DNA of 64,000 nucleotides, taken from a virus. The translations under genes and the position numbers were made by a program. The DNA lies in the IMG/VR virus record IMGVR_UViG_3300033412_000008. One strand, 5' to 3'. Below are positions 36,801-46,221 of this stretch, piece after piece. A model generated the notes under the pieces. That model made no database searches. It had not been told where the DNA came from and worked only from the letters and a program-made list of their open reading frames with translations. Positions within the stretch are counted from its first letter, which is position 1; each line of letters begins with the position of its first letter.

Positions 36801-38862
36801 CAGCCTCAGCCTCCATTGCAGCGGCCGCCTCAGCGGAAGCTACAGCCTCAGCCTCAGTCGCCGCGACGGCCGTTGTCTCAATGCCGACGTATCCGGCGAG
36901 GCGTGTGCTAACAGTCTTGATCGAATCGGCGTAGGTCAGCACCTTGGAAGCAACGAATAGACCTGCAAGAACGATCCCGATGCCCTGGAAAATCTGCTTG
37001 ACGCCGACCAGGCCGTCGGCGGCCGAGATAATGTCACCGATGAAGGTCACGACCTTCAGCAGGCCATTGGCGAGCGGCGCCGTAGCGCGCGAGAACTCAA
37101 ACAGCAGCTTCGTCAGGTGCGCCAGCGACGACATGAAGTCTTCGGTGGCTTCCTTCGAGTCGCCGAAGAATTCGGCGAGGCCAGCTTTGCCGCTCGCACT
37201 CTGCGTCCACTTGTCCCAGCGCTTGATGACGTTGTCGAGCGACTTGACCATGCCCTGGCCGGAGTTCGCGCCCGCGTCGAAAATGTGAACGATAAGGCTG
37301 CCGGTGTCCTGCGTCAGGTGTCCCAAGTCCTGCATCTGGCTGACGAGGCGGCCTACGTCGGACTGAAGGGCCGCGCCGCCGCCTACTGCCTTCTCTAGGT
37401 TGTTCGCCCACTCAGCGAAGCCGTTGCTCAGGCCAGGCAGGAAGTGCGCGCCCGCGGCGCCGAGACGGCCGATTATCGCCACCAGCGAGCCAAGGCCGCT
37501 GGCGAGGCCAGGGATAGACGCCCGGAAGTCGCTCATGATGTTGCCGAGTAGCTTTTTCGCTTCACTGGAGCGCAGTGACTTCATCCACGAGTCCCAAGCT
37601 TTCCCGGCGACCTTCGTCGTCGCCGTGCTTTCACGAGCAAACTCAGGGAGAAGCGACTGCACCGTCTTGAGGCTTTCGCCGAATGCGTTGAAGACAGCCG
37701 GGCGCGCAGCCTTCGTCAACGCTTTCCAACGGTTCGTTAGATTTCCGTAGTCTTCGAAGGCTTCCTTCGCGATAGGGCTGACGCCATGAAGCTCGTTGTT
37801 CAACCGTTCCTGCGCCGTTTTGACCTGTTCACTACCCTTGCCGTATTTCAGCTCGGCTTTGGTGAGCGCTTCGGCGGCCGCGTGGACTTCCTTGAATTCG
37901 TGGACCATCGGCGCGATGACGAAGCCGACCCCGGCCGCTGAGGTCGCGAGGCCGCCCAGGGCGCCCGTGGCGACGACAGCGCCGCCAGCCAGGCCCTCGC
38001 CGAGCGTCCCGGCCAGCGAGACGACGCCGCCGCCCAGCTCGAACAGCAGCGGCCCGAGGAGGCCCAGGCCGACGCCGAGGCCCTTGATAGAAGTCGTGAT
38101 TGGCCCGAGGCGGACAGTAGTGTCGCCGAGCTTCGAGAGCCAGCGGTCGAGCAGCGACGAGTTGCGTGAAATCTGTGGGTCCAGGTGATCGACGGAGCCG
38201 CCAAGCTGCTCAATGCGGTGCTTGACGTGGTCAGCCTCGGAGGCGACGCGCTCCAGTTTGCGGGCCTCCTGCTCCGCGACGGCGAGAGAGCGACCGGAGA
38301 ATACGCGGCGACTCGATTTTTCCAGCCCGCGCTGCTTGCCGATCAGCTTCTCGTATGATTCAGAGAGGCGGGCAATCTCGGCGCGCGACTTGATAGCGTC
38401 ATCGGTGGCGCGCTGCCGCTCGCGCGAAACCATCCGCTCGGCTTTCGCCTGCTGTAGCGCAACCCGTTCGTCGAGGCGGCGAGCCTCCGAGAGGAGACGC
38501 TGTTCCTTGTTCGCAGCGCGAAGCTGTTTGCTGTCGATGGAAATCGACGTGCGCTGTTTACTGAGCGCTTTAAGCTCCGCCTCGGCGGCCGCTACTTGCT
38601 CGTCAAAGTGCTTCTTCGCGAGGTCGAGAGTCGCCGTCGCCCGACGCGACTTGAAGTAGTCGAGTTTGCCCTTCGCCTCGTCGATCTTCTTGTCGAACTC
38701 GGCGGCTTTGAGTGTAAGCTCGGCCTCCGCTTTCTTGCGACTCAGCTCGGCGAAGTCGCGGTCAACTTTCGACTTGAGCGCGGCCAGCTCAGCTTCGCCG
38801 GGACCGGCGTTGACATGAATGTCTACACGCGCTTCACCAACCTTGTCGCCTCCGGGGGGCAT
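33841..38862 (-). CDS. Tape measure protein
   Basis: 1673 aa, Ala-rich helical, central hydrophobic segments, position. Confidence 0.92.
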   Translation of the reverse strand: MPPGGDKVGEARVDIHVNAGPGEAELAALKSKVDRDFAELSRKKAEAELTLKAAEFDKKIDEAKGKLDYFKSRRATATLDLAKKHFDEQVAAAEAELKALSKQRTSISIDSKQLRAANKEQRLLSEARRLDERVALQQAKAERMVSRERQRATDDAIKSRAEIARLSESYEKLIGKQRGLEKSSRRVFSGRSLAVAEQEARKLERVASEADHVKHRIEQLGGSVDHLDPQISRNSSLLDRWLSKLGDTTVRLGPITTSIKGLGVGLGLLGPLLFELGGGVVSLAGTLGEGLAGGAVVATGALGGLATSAAGVGFVIAPMVHEFKEVHAAAEALTKAELKYGKGSEQVKTAQERLNNELHGVSPIAKEAFEDYGNLTNRWKALTKAARPAVFNAFGESLKTVQSLLPEFARESTATTKVAGKAWDSWMKSLRSSEAKKLLGNIMSDFRASIPGLASGLGSLVAIIGRLGAAGAHFLPGLSNGFAEWANNLEKAVGGGAALQSDVGRLVSQMQDLGHLTQDTGSLIVHIFDAGANSGQGMVKSLDNVIKRWDKWTQSASGKAGLAEFFGDSKEATEDFMSSLAHLTKLLFEFSRATAPLANGLLKVVTFIGDIISAADGLVGVKQIFQGIGIVLAGLFVASKVLTYADSIKTVSTRLAGYVGIETTAVAATEAEAVASAEAAAAMEAEAGAAATAAAALEAEAVAAAEATVATEATAVAALSADAGLGAGAAAATRAALGFGEAEAGAGLLAAALAPEVLIPAAVIAGLVTLGIVLGDTGQSIQDVEADFRKAGHEIDNSLTGASKAIDKYAAAQQHNASASKNASEARAHLVKLQKEGAPADKVTKAVEALTHAERQQARAAHQTGAVNREQIDSQKALLTGARNRVKTAREEIKTYKERIRAEERMSGPGGGTWEAKERNKLAKSERDLAQAMLDVSRAQRQEAATAVPYARSIKDLKPISAATERGLHKLAETIGATATKKIGSFVNPKDVAKVTELGNKLTNLGRGGQVKNIAVKSQGADQTIAKLQKLQAQTNKVEATRANIKVGANDQQAQAKLKRLAALSQRVTGTKNTVNILARSESAEAAIRRLKAHLRDVAHDKYQAEIKALDKATTPAERAHHNMRRAVDEKYSARLEAIDNASGKAKKAEGAGKSAAKQHYKLNITATNQQALNSIQAVNAALSGLHDKTVNVNVITHKSGGYSGGTADTFYSTFASGGLNDRELQRANEKAIRKQSGPSQRINKPTMLVGEQAPQHHEYVIATNPAYRGANERYLDQAASDLGYEVVPAYKKGKGKGKKGSGSGSGAKGGPGPHPPKLSKRVHHYLKATRLNYGDWLERYNATEKNAESEEGHYSAELSHEEREIAAGRMENWNYGLLRGYKENIREDERKLLNPIVPHIEKKILNQQGKAEKALKGTRSRLSQVSGTIGKLENEYSKMEKSKSESTKDYNTKKRQKKHQIDEWKKQQAELKKARKHEEDLIKEAKQELAKFRGEVPSIKDALSEAEDDVQYITDVETGTVEAPYETGGGAGGKEGPSIGEQTASYNEAREQLYEQFASNITGQTTPAAAPGASSAGGGPGGPSTFAVGAPGGQPNYLQKAISDAIGRTGGHPNYIPGGSSTRPSQKHGGASDDWHSAAGGTKIEVVNHFAAPPPDPHTWTKQQEFELGALS

Positions 38863-39311
38863 TAGACTGTTCCCTCAATCAAATGCGTCAATAGCGGCTT
38901 AGTTCCCTTACTGCTATTACAGCTTTGACACAGCCCCGCGAAGTTCTCCCAGCCATGTTCGCCGCCAGTTGATAGGGCCTCAATGTGGTCGATATGAATC
39001 GGCCCTTTAGCGCCGCAGAGTTCACAGATGCCCTGCCGAAGGATTTGTTCATAGGCGGCCGCTTCGGTGGGATCGCCCTGTGGGGCGCTGGCCTTTAGGG
39101 CGCGACGCAAAGACGCCCCACTGCGCGCCGTACTGCGCGGCCGATCTGGCGCATCAACATACCGCTGCTTTTCCTGCGCCCGAATACGCCCACGGTTAGC
39201 CGCGTAGTAGTCCCGACGATATTTGCGCAGCGTGCCTGGCTGCCGTGCGCGCTTATTACGTAGCCAGGCACGCTGATACTCACGCTTCTTATCAAGGTCG
39301 GCGTAGGCCAT
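38862..39311 (-). CDS. HNH endonuclease
   Basis: CELCG..HIDHIEAL..GGEH..N..LCQSCNSSKG. Confidence 0.85.
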   Translation of the reverse strand: MAYADLDKKREYQRAWLRNKRARQPGTLRKYRRDYYAANRGRIRAQEKQRYVDAPDRPRSTARSGASLRRALKASAPQGDPTEAAAYEQILRQGICELCGAKGPIHIDHIEALSTGGEHGWENFAGLCQSCNSSKGTKPLLTHLIEGTV

Positions 39312-39529
39312 TAGCGACCGCTGCCCTCAGTTAGACCAGCTTCCTTGGCCCAATCCTTATGGCCCGCCATCCAATCTTGGCGCTCGCGATCTTTGTTCGC
39401 CTGAGTCCGTTCGTGCGCCGCCCGCGCCACTAGCGCCTCGTGAACCATAAAGTTCACTACATCATCCTCGCTGAATTGCGGGAGCGGCATTCCTGCTTCC
39501 TTATGCGTCCAGAAAATCCGACTCGCCAT
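39311..39529 (-). CDS. Tail assembly chaperone, downstream (T) part
   Basis: Overlaps the end of the chaperone ORF in the +1 frame; precedes TMP. Confidence 0.55.
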   Translation of the reverse strand: MASRIFWTHKEAGMPLPQFSEDDVVNFMVHEALVARAAHERTQANKDRERQDWMAGHKDWAKEAGLTEGSGR

Positions 39530-39962
39530 CGGCGATTCCACGAAAGCGACGGAAATCGGCGGAAACCTCCAGGCCGCCAATGTGGTGCCCGACAACGTCC
39601 ATGTCGCGGCGCCGGGACGCCAGTTCGACTATGACTTCGAGGTCCGGGGTCGGCACGACGCTGGGAACCTCCTCCGGCGTCAACGCCGGATCGACGAGCG
39701 TGTGGCTCACGAGCCAGGCGTGGAAATTCGCCAGCTTCGTCAGGTTCGCTTTCTTCTCCTCTGGGGAAAGCTCTTTTTCCGTCTCCTCGACCGCGCGGTC
39801 GGGGATGGCGTACTGGAGCAGCTCATTGTCGAGTTCGCCAGCCTGCGCCATCTGCGCAAGGTTCGGGATGCGGATTTTGACGCGGCTGCCGGAGGGTAGG
39901 GTGACGGTATGGACTCCCGCCGCCGCCCACTCGGCCTTACTGGTGGTAGATGTCTCACTCAC
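39501..39962 (-). CDS. Tail assembly chaperone (G)
   Basis: AAGGAGG RBS before GTG 39962; lies between major tail and TMP. Confidence 0.65.
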   Translation of the reverse strand: MSETSTTSKAEWAAAGVHTVTLPSGSRVKIRIPNLAQMAQAGELDNELLQYAIPDRAVEETEKELSPEEKKANLTKLANFHAWLVSHTLVDPALTPEEVPSVVPTPDLEVIVELASRRRDMDVVGHHIGGLEVSADFRRFRGIADGESDFLDA

Positions 39963-40113
39963 TTTTGTCCTCCTTGGACTGTAGTTGAACGATATGGTCA
40001 CGGAGAGCCGCCGCCTGCTGGTTCAGCCGCCGCGCTGCACGAGCATGACTCTTGGCCTCGGAAGCCAGCGAGGTTGCCAGTGCAGTGAGTGCGTCTACAT
40101 CGACCGTCTCCAT
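39955..40113 (-). CDS. Small leaderless hypothetical protein (52 aa)
   Basis: TGC-TATGCT 7 nt before ATG; not in the ORF track. Confidence 0.45.
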   Translation of the reverse strand: METVDVDALTALATSLASEAKSHARAARRLNQQAAALRDHIVQLQSKEDKSE

Positions 40114-40202
40114 GCTCTATAGCATAGCAGTCAAGCCCCGCCCTATCCTCTCTTGGGGCGGGATACAAAGCAGCTAGTCTAGACCACTAATGGAGTGACT
40201 GC

Positions 40203-41174
40203 TTATTTTTCTACGATGTTGCCAACAGTTGCCTGAAGGAAGCCTTCAGAGTGGCGCTGCGCGGCGCCCTTAACGGCGGCCGTGACAGGAGCGCCACCAG
40301 CATCTGGCTCCACGGGGAACTCAGTGTAGGCGGTTTTCGGCACTACCAATTTCAAGAAGTTTTTGGCGTCTTTCCCGGCAAATTCAAACGTCAGGTTTTC
40401 AGTCGTGAAGATCGAAGCGCTCTGCGCAGTGCCGGATTCTCCGCCGTAGTGGAACTTGTTATACTCTTTCAGGTCTTCAACAATGAAGTCGAAGCCGAGA
40501 GTAACGGCTAGCGGACCCTCAACGATGTCGAAAGGCACAGAATCATCTGTTTGCTGCACGGTCAGGTTATTACTGATCGTGAGTTCAAAGCTAGAGACGA
40601 GGCGGGTTTCGGCACCACCAATTTTGACAGTCGCGCCGTTGAAGTTTAGAGGGGCATCAGAATCTGTAGTCGGGGGCGCAAGTTCGCCTTTGAATTCTTC
40701 AGTCCCGCGGACAGCAGAGCGCCCCATGAAGCTAGCGGCTACAGTGCCCGGCTGTCCAGTGCTCCAGGCGAGTGTCAACTCATCGAGCTTGCAGTCATTG
40801 AACGTCTCCCAAAGCACGCCGCCCTGACCCTTACCAAGGGTGACGTACGGCAGTGCCGCTGCAGATGCCAGTTTGTGTTTATATTCTCCGGCCGCGCCTT
40901 CATCAGTTTTTGCGCCTAGAGCATAGTGCAGAAGATGGTGGATGGATCCAGCACGTACATATGCGGCCGGGGCGCCCTCGGAGCCAGTCTGCGTGACGAA
41001 GAAGTCGCCCGCGTTGCGATTGGAGTCTGTCTCAGAAAGCTGGTCGGTCTGACGACTCGGGGAAACGTTCCCGTCCGTGAATAGATACTTGTCCTGCCAT
41101 TTTTTCGCCGCTTTGGCCTTTTCTTCCTGGGCACCAGCGACCCAGAATGCCTGGTTTCCGCGGATACCAGCCAT
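40203..41174 (-). CDS. Major tail protein
   Basis: Size, position, phage tail tube-like sequence. Confidence 0.8.
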   Translation of the reverse strand: MAGIRGNQAFWVAGAQEEKAKAAKKWQDKYLFTDGNVSPSRQTDQLSETDSNRNAGDFFVTQTGSEGAPAAYVRAGSIHHLLHYALGAKTDEGAAGEYKHKLASAAALPYVTLGKGQGGVLWETFNDCKLDELTLAWSTGQPGTVAASFMGRSAVRGTEEFKGELAPPTTDSDAPLNFNGATVKIGGAETRLVSSFELTISNNLTVQQTDDSVPFDIVEGPLAVTLGFDFIVEDLKEYNKFHYGGESGTAQSASIFTTENLTFEFAGKDAKNFLKLVVPKTAYTEFPVEPDAGGAPVTAAVKGAAQRHSEGFLQATVGNIVEK

Positions 41175-41455
41175 TACGCGACAACCTCAACGTTCTGAAG
41201 GTAGGTGACCTGCTCGGCAACATCGGAGGGAACCTCAACCGTCGCACTCTCGTCCTCGAATACCAAGTCCAGCGCACCCACAACCGACAGGGTCAGCGGA
41301 TACTGCTCAACGTCCTTGGACCGCAGCGTGACCAAGGACGAATCTGCCTCGACGGCTGCTTCAACTTCGTTGGGCACGATTTCGGCGGCGATGTCTTCCT
41401 GGCGCGCGACCTCGGCTTCATGCTGTGCGTCGCTAGGCGTGTCAGTCACTGGCAT
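41174..41455 (-). CDS. Hypothetical acidic protein
   Basis: Start moved to MPVTD, preceded by TGC-TACACT at 7 nt. Confidence 0.6.
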   Translation of the reverse strand: MPVTDTPSDAQHEAEVARQEDIAAEIVPNEVEAAVEADSSLVTLRSKDVEQYPLTLSVVGALDLVFEDESATVEVPSDVAEQVTYLQNVEVVA

Positions 41456-41492
41456 ACGCCACAGTGTAGCAGATCGAGCGCTTGCACCTTTG

Positions 41493-41957
41493 TTACCCGG
41501 ATGCCCCTGAAAGCGCTGCATTTTGGGCCTTACCAATAACCGTGACAAGAAGACGCGTGATATTACCGCCAGGGTCTTGTGGGTAATCAACCCGACTAAC
41601 ACTATAAAACCAAAGATGTTCGTCAGCGTCAATGGTGCCCTCGAAGCCGTCGCTGTGGCAGGCCCGACGAATCCGCTCCGCCCATTCCTCTACAGGCGTC
41701 GGATCAATCGTCTTGTCGGGATCGACCTCTGCGGTCCACTTGCCAAAAAGCTGAATGAACGCCGTTGGTTCAATCACTAGCTCATTCCCAGCGGCCGCCT
41801 GCGTCGGACCAGGATATACGGCGCCAATAGCGCCTTCGCGGCCCTTGGAGTCATGAAGCTTATCATTAAGGAACCGGATGCCCTCGGGTTTGAACTCCGC
41901 AGTCAGCGCTTCAATGAGGCGCTCACGAAGGCGTGTCTCGGGGGCGGTAGTAGCCAT
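41493..41957 (-). CDS. Putative tail terminator
   Basis: Position in the head-tail block. Confidence 0.55.
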   Translation of the reverse strand: MATTAPETRLRERLIEALTAEFKPEGIRFLNDKLHDSKGREGAIGAVYPGPTQAAAGNELVIEPTAFIQLFGKWTAEVDPDKTIDPTPVEEWAERIRRACHSDGFEGTIDADEHLWFYSVSRVDYPQDPGGNITRLLVTVIGKAQNAALSGASG

Positions 41958-42054
41958 TAAGACATCTTAAGGCATTGCGCCGCCAAAATCCGCCGAATAC
42001 ATGCCGTACATGAGCACTCTGGAATCGATAGGCGCGTATGTGGACAAACAGCCA

Positions 42055-42456
42055 TCAGGGCATGTTACTACGGATGATGTCCATGATGCGGGCGTTGACG
42101 AGCCGCAGGGCGTCACGCATGAAGTGGGTTGCCGGGTTGCCGGGGTGGAGCACCGGGCCACGCGCCGGGCCAAATTCGTCCCCCATCAGAACCTCCGCCT
42201 CCCAGCCGATCCAGTGCGGCACCGCGCCCTCCTCCTGGGCGGCCGCGTATCCCGCGCTAGCAACGAAACCTGCGCCGGTCGCGCGAATCGTCGAGGCGAG
42301 GAAGCCGGAGCGCTTTGGCGCCAATGCGGCGGCCAGGGTGGCGCCTACCTCACTCGCCTGCTGCTGTGAGCGCCGAGCGCCGACGTTAAGTGTCTGCGCG
42401 AAGCGGCCGAACTCGTCGCGCCACTGGACGCGCGTTGAAATGCCGACGCCTGCCAT
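42055..42456 (-). CDS. HK97 gp10-like neck protein
   Basis: APKRSGFLASTI, HPGNPATHFMRDAL. Confidence 0.7.
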   Translation of the reverse strand: MAGVGISTRVQWRDEFGRFAQTLNVGARRSQQQASEVGATLAAALAPKRSGFLASTIRATGAGFVASAGYAAAQEEGAVPHWIGWEAEVLMGDEFGPARGPVLHPGNPATHFMRDALRLVNARIMDIIRSNMP

Positions 42457-42458
42457 GC

Positions 42459-43418
42459 TCAGAGCGTAATGCGCCGGTATGGGTCGAGGAGCGCCATCAC
42501 GCGCGCCGGGAGTTCGTGCTGTTCTTCGCGGGCGCGCTGGTACACGTAGCTGAGGTTGGCGATGGCTTCCGCCTGCAATTCGCCCTGCGTGCCATCTTTC
42601 TTGTAGAACTCGTCCACCAGCCAAGTGACGGCCTGCTTGATGCTCGCCGGGGCAGCGCCTGGCCATCCAAATTTGGCCGTGACCTTCGCGGTGACGGTGT
42701 CAATGCCTCCTCCGCGCCCGAAGTAAGTGTCCAGATTGCGTGTGAAGCCCATCGCGCCGATGCTGGCGGATGACAGATTACGTGCGGGCGTGAAGTCGAT
42801 GTAGTAGTACGTCTGTCCCTCGCGCGGCCCGAGCCAGTATGCGCTCGTCGGGAACGTCGTGCCGCTTCCGACTCCCGGAACCTCGAAGCTGATTTTTGAC
42901 GGTTTACCAACGAAGTCATCAGTCTCCAGAATCGTCGCGTGCATTTCCCACGGAAATTCGCGGAGTTCTTCAGTCTGCGCCATCGTGAAGTCGCGGCCGG
43001 TGTATTGGAGAATGGCGTCTTCGGCCGACGCGAGCGCGGCTTCGATAGCTTCGTCGCGTTCTGAGGAAGCCTCCGTGAGCTGACGCCGGAGCTTGTACTC
43101 GTCCAGCGACAGAATGCCGCTAGCGGCTAGTTCAAATGCGCTGCGGTGAACGGTGAGGACGCCCTCTTCAGCAAAGCCAACTCCGCCTGACCCCTCCCAG
43201 CGATATGGCCAGTCGCCGACTTCGTCTAGTTCAACGTCAATATAGTATTCGCCTTTACCAGGACGCGTGATATTCCCACCGACACCATATTCATAGGATA
43301 TCTCTTCTCCACTAGGTTTAAGCAGCCGAAATACAAGCAATTCGGGGTCCGCGGGAGCATCTTTTATATCGAAAATCGAGGCCGAAATCCTAGCTGTATC
43401 TCCGCGGTCGTAGCTCAT
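42459..43418 (-). CDS. Head-tail adaptor with extra N-terminal domain
   Basis: C-terminal TAKFGWP..PASIKQAV..LLDPYRR; separate N-terminal ~100 aa beta-rich module. Confidence 0.65.
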   Translation of the reverse strand: MSYDRGDTARISASIFDIKDAPADPELLVFRLLKPSGEEISYEYGVGGNITRPGKGEYYIDVELDEVGDWPYRWEGSGGVGFAEEGVLTVHRSAFELAASGILSLDEYKLRRQLTEASSERDEAIEAALASAEDAILQYTGRDFTMAQTEELREFPWEMHATILETDDFVGKPSKISFEVPGVGSGTTFPTSAYWLGPREGQTYYYIDFTPARNLSSASIGAMGFTRNLDTYFGRGGGIDTVTAKVTAKFGWPGAAPASIKQAVTWLVDEFYKKDGTQGELQAEAIANLSYVYQRAREEQHELPARVMALLDPYRRITL

Positions 43419-45196
43419 TCCTCCTCCGATAGTACAGGATGATCTTCAAGCCGGGCTGATCCAACGCTACTATCTCCCAGGGCAGCATCTGCAATAGACG
43501 CATCAGACAGCCTTGCTTTGCCAGGAACCGTAGTAAATAGCCGTTTAAGCCGCATTACAGCGGTTCCCAGACCACTCACAACAGCCGCCCCGAAGCTGCG
43601 ACGCGCACCAGTAGCTTTAGCGCCTGACGTTGCTGAGACCGACCCTGCGCCAAAGCGCCGCCGTACGCCAACATCCGACATGAAACTGCTCCCAGACGCT
43701 TCAGCGCCTCCGTAGCGCCGCCGAGCAGGCATCGCCTCAGTATCGCTCGTCCCAGAGAGCGCTCCACCGCCAAAGCGCCGCCGAACTCCGGCATCGGAAG
43801 CGAAGCTACCGCCGGATACCGAGGCCGAGCCACGACGACGACGAGTTCCCACTGACACAACGCTTGACAAGCCTGACGTGCTCCCGGCGCTAAACCGACG
43901 CCGCACTCCAGCGTCAGACGCAAAGCTATTTCCAGTCGGGTTGGCGCCAGACAGGCGGCGGCGGCGACCATCGAGCTGCGCAGTTGATGTTCCAGACGTA
44001 TTCGCTGCTCCATATACTATCTGAGGAACAATGACGACGAAGCCCCAATGGGCGCCGCCTGTGTTTTCAACAGGGGTGCCGGACGGAGTCGAACTCATCG
44101 TCATCCGTTCACCGTCAGTGGTGAAGGAGTGCGTGGTATCATTGCCGCTTGTCGCGGCGCCTTCGATTTTGACTTTCAGCCCCGAGGCCACGAAAGGCAG
44201 CTTCAGGTGCTCATAGACGCGCGCCTTCCCGGCCCCCGGTGCCGTCCCTGCCTCGACGTACAGCCGTTCGAATTTCAACCCTATGGGGCGCGGCAGATGC
44301 GCACCAGTCGTCCCCCAAGTGGCCTTCCAAGTGTCGGGCCAGCCGTACCTGACGACAGTGTTGCTCGACTCGGCAACTTCGACGGTTCCACCAGCGAACA
44401 TTTCACCTTTCACTTCAGATTCGACCACATAGCAGTACCGCACCGAACGAGCTGTAGGAGTGCCTGACGGGACTAGCTTGACCTCCAAAGTTTCCCCAGC
44501 TTTGAGTTGCGCAGATCCTTCGGCCACTTTGAACGTATCAACAGTGCCTTCGATTTTGACTGCCATTGTATCTTCAGAGCGATTGACGCGAGCATATAGC
44601 GTATAGCTCTTCCCAGAGCCAGGCGTGCCGCTAAGATCAAAGGCAACTCCCTTGAGTTTGAATTTGCCGGGCACGATAATCCGGTTCAAGCCCTCAGTCG
44701 CCTGCCACCCAGCACTGTTGATTCCATAGGGCGGGTTGTAAGAGGGTTCTCCAGTCAGGGAATTACCACTGCCGCCGCCAGCAATCCAGAAAGTATTCCC
44801 CACCGTTTCAACCCAGGTATAAATGGCGGCACCTTCTTCGCCTACTCCTGGGACTTCAGGTTCACCTGAAGGAACAAGGAGAATCTGGAAAGTATCTTTT
44901 TCTTTAAGTTTGAGTTCACCTTTCCATTCGCCTTTTTTAGCTGTGCCTTCTATTTTGACCCGCGTCGATGCGTCCTCAACGCCATTAACGACATAGGAGA
45001 GCGTCCACGACTTACCAGAGCCAGGCGCATTAGCAAAAGCCACAATGAGCTGACGCAAGGTGCCGCCGCCGGGTGGAACAGGGAACCGCCCAGTTATATT
45101 CGACGCACTCCAGCCCATCACCCCTTCTGGTGAAAGGAAGCGTTCGGCCGTTTTCGACGGAGAGTTCGTGGGGGAGGCCCAGAGCGGAAAGAGCAT
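43415..45196 (-). CDS. Virion structural/fibre protein with Arg-triplet repeats
   Basis: Internal beta repeats; C-terminal ~19-aa repeats (VRRRFG..SG.S). Confidence 0.55.
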   Translation of the reverse strand: MLFPLWASPTNSPSKTAERFLSPEGVMGWSASNITGRFPVPPGGGTLRQLIVAFANAPGSGKSWTLSYVVNGVEDASTRVKIEGTAKKGEWKGELKLKEKDTFQILLVPSGEPEVPGVGEEGAAIYTWVETVGNTFWIAGGGSGNSLTGEPSYNPPYGINSAGWQATEGLNRIIVPGKFKLKGVAFDLSGTPGSGKSYTLYARVNRSEDTMAVKIEGTVDTFKVAEGSAQLKAGETLEVKLVPSGTPTARSVRYCYVVESEVKGEMFAGGTVEVAESSNTVVRYGWPDTWKATWGTTGAHLPRPIGLKFERLYVEAGTAPGAGKARVYEHLKLPFVASGLKVKIEGAATSGNDTTHSFTTDGERMTMSSTPSGTPVENTGGAHWGFVVIVPQIVYGAANTSGTSTAQLDGRRRRLSGANPTGNSFASDAGVRRRFSAGSTSGLSSVVSVGTRRRRGSASVSGGSFASDAGVRRRFGGGALSGTSDTEAMPARRRYGGAEASGSSFMSDVGVRRRFGAGSVSATSGAKATGARRSFGAAVVSGLGTAVMRLKRLFTTVPGKARLSDASIADAALGDSSVGSARLEDHPVLSEEE

Positions 45197-45229
45197 TTAG
45201 TTAACAACCCAAAAGCGGGCAGACATGAC

Positions 45230-45622
45230 TTAGTCCAGACTGAAGACTAGTTTATTCGTTTCAATGAAATACTGGTCGGAGGTTTCGATTTTCTTCGCGG
45301 TTTCGAGCGGACCCCACCAATGGTAGTTGGCGGCGCCAGATTCAGCGTCGAGCACGGCGAAGTGGGTAATTTCTCCCCAATTGGCTCCCGCGACAGGGAA
45401 GACCAGATCGACTTTGTTTTTCTTCGCGCCTTCGGCCGCGGCCGACAGCTTTTCAGCGAGCGCGAGGCGTTTATACAGCGTGCCCCCGGCAGTCGTGACC
45501 TCAGTGCCGCCTCCGGCATCGCTCGGCGCAGCCGTGTACAGCGCCAGGTAGACCGCTTTGAACCCTCCGAGAAGGTAGTCGAGAGCTAGGCTCTCTCCGT
45601 AGTCAGCAATATTCCCGGCCAT
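45230..45622 (-). CDS. Conserved siphovirus structural protein
   Basis: YLALYTAAPSDAGGGTEV..FPVAGANWGEITHF. Confidence 0.6.
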   Translation of the reverse strand: MAGNIADYGESLALDYLLGGFKAVYLALYTAAPSDAGGGTEVTTAGGTLYKRLALAEKLSAAAEGAKKNKVDLVFPVAGANWGEITHFAVLDAESGAANYHWWGPLETAKKIETSDQYFIETNKLVFSLD

Positions 45623-45653
45623 CGCTGTAGTCTAGCAGTTCGCCTTAACGAAG

Positions 45654-45677
45654 ACCGGCCGCACGAAGGCGGCCGGT
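45654..45677 (-). terminator. Hairpin terminator
   Basis: ACCGGCCGC/GCGGCCGGT. Confidence 0.5.
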
Positions 45678-45702
45678 GGGTAGGGGGTGGACAGGGGAAG
45701 GA

Positions 45703-46212
45703 TTAGGCGTCGCCGAATTCGGACCCGTGGCCTGCGCGCCGCTCGGCAGGCGATTCGCCGGTGACGAGGGGTGAAGTGTCTTCGGTACGGTCGGCGAAGC
45801 CGGTCCCGCGCTGGACTGCGTCGGGGTTCTCGTCAGAGCCTTCAGTGACTACCGCCACTTTGGCTTTTTCTTCCCCTTCTTCGAGTCCAGCGTCGTCAAC
45901 GGTGATCGACGGGAAGTTGGCGCCAGCGTACTGGCCGTCAGCAGTCGCGGTGATGAAGTACGGTTTAGTGCCGAGTTCATCGCCCGGACCCCCGGTGACT
46001 ACGAAGTCACCCGAGTCAACGGCGCCAAGGTTCTCCAGCGCGGTCAGAACTTCCGCGGCAGAAGCGTTCGATTTCACGGCGGCCGTCTCGTCACCCTCGA
46101 CGCTGTAGACGAGGGAGCCTTTTTTGGCTTTAACCGTGACCGAAACGGAACCCTGCACCGCACTGATGTCGGTAATCGGTTCGTCGAGGATGGTTGTTGG
46201 GGTATCGCTCAT
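45703..46212 (-). CDS. Putative capsid decoration/structural protein
   Basis: TAAVKSNASAAEVLTALENL module; follows capsid gene. Confidence 0.45.
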   Translation of the reverse strand: MSDTPTTILDEPITDISAVQGSVSVTVKAKKGSLVYSVEGDETAAVKSNASAAEVLTALENLGAVDSGDFVVTGGPGDELGTKPYFITATADGQYAGANFPSITVDDAGLEEGEEKAKVAVVTEGSDENPDAVQRGTGFADRTEDTSPLVTGESPAERRAGHGSEFGDA

Positions 46213-46221
46213 AAGTTCTCC

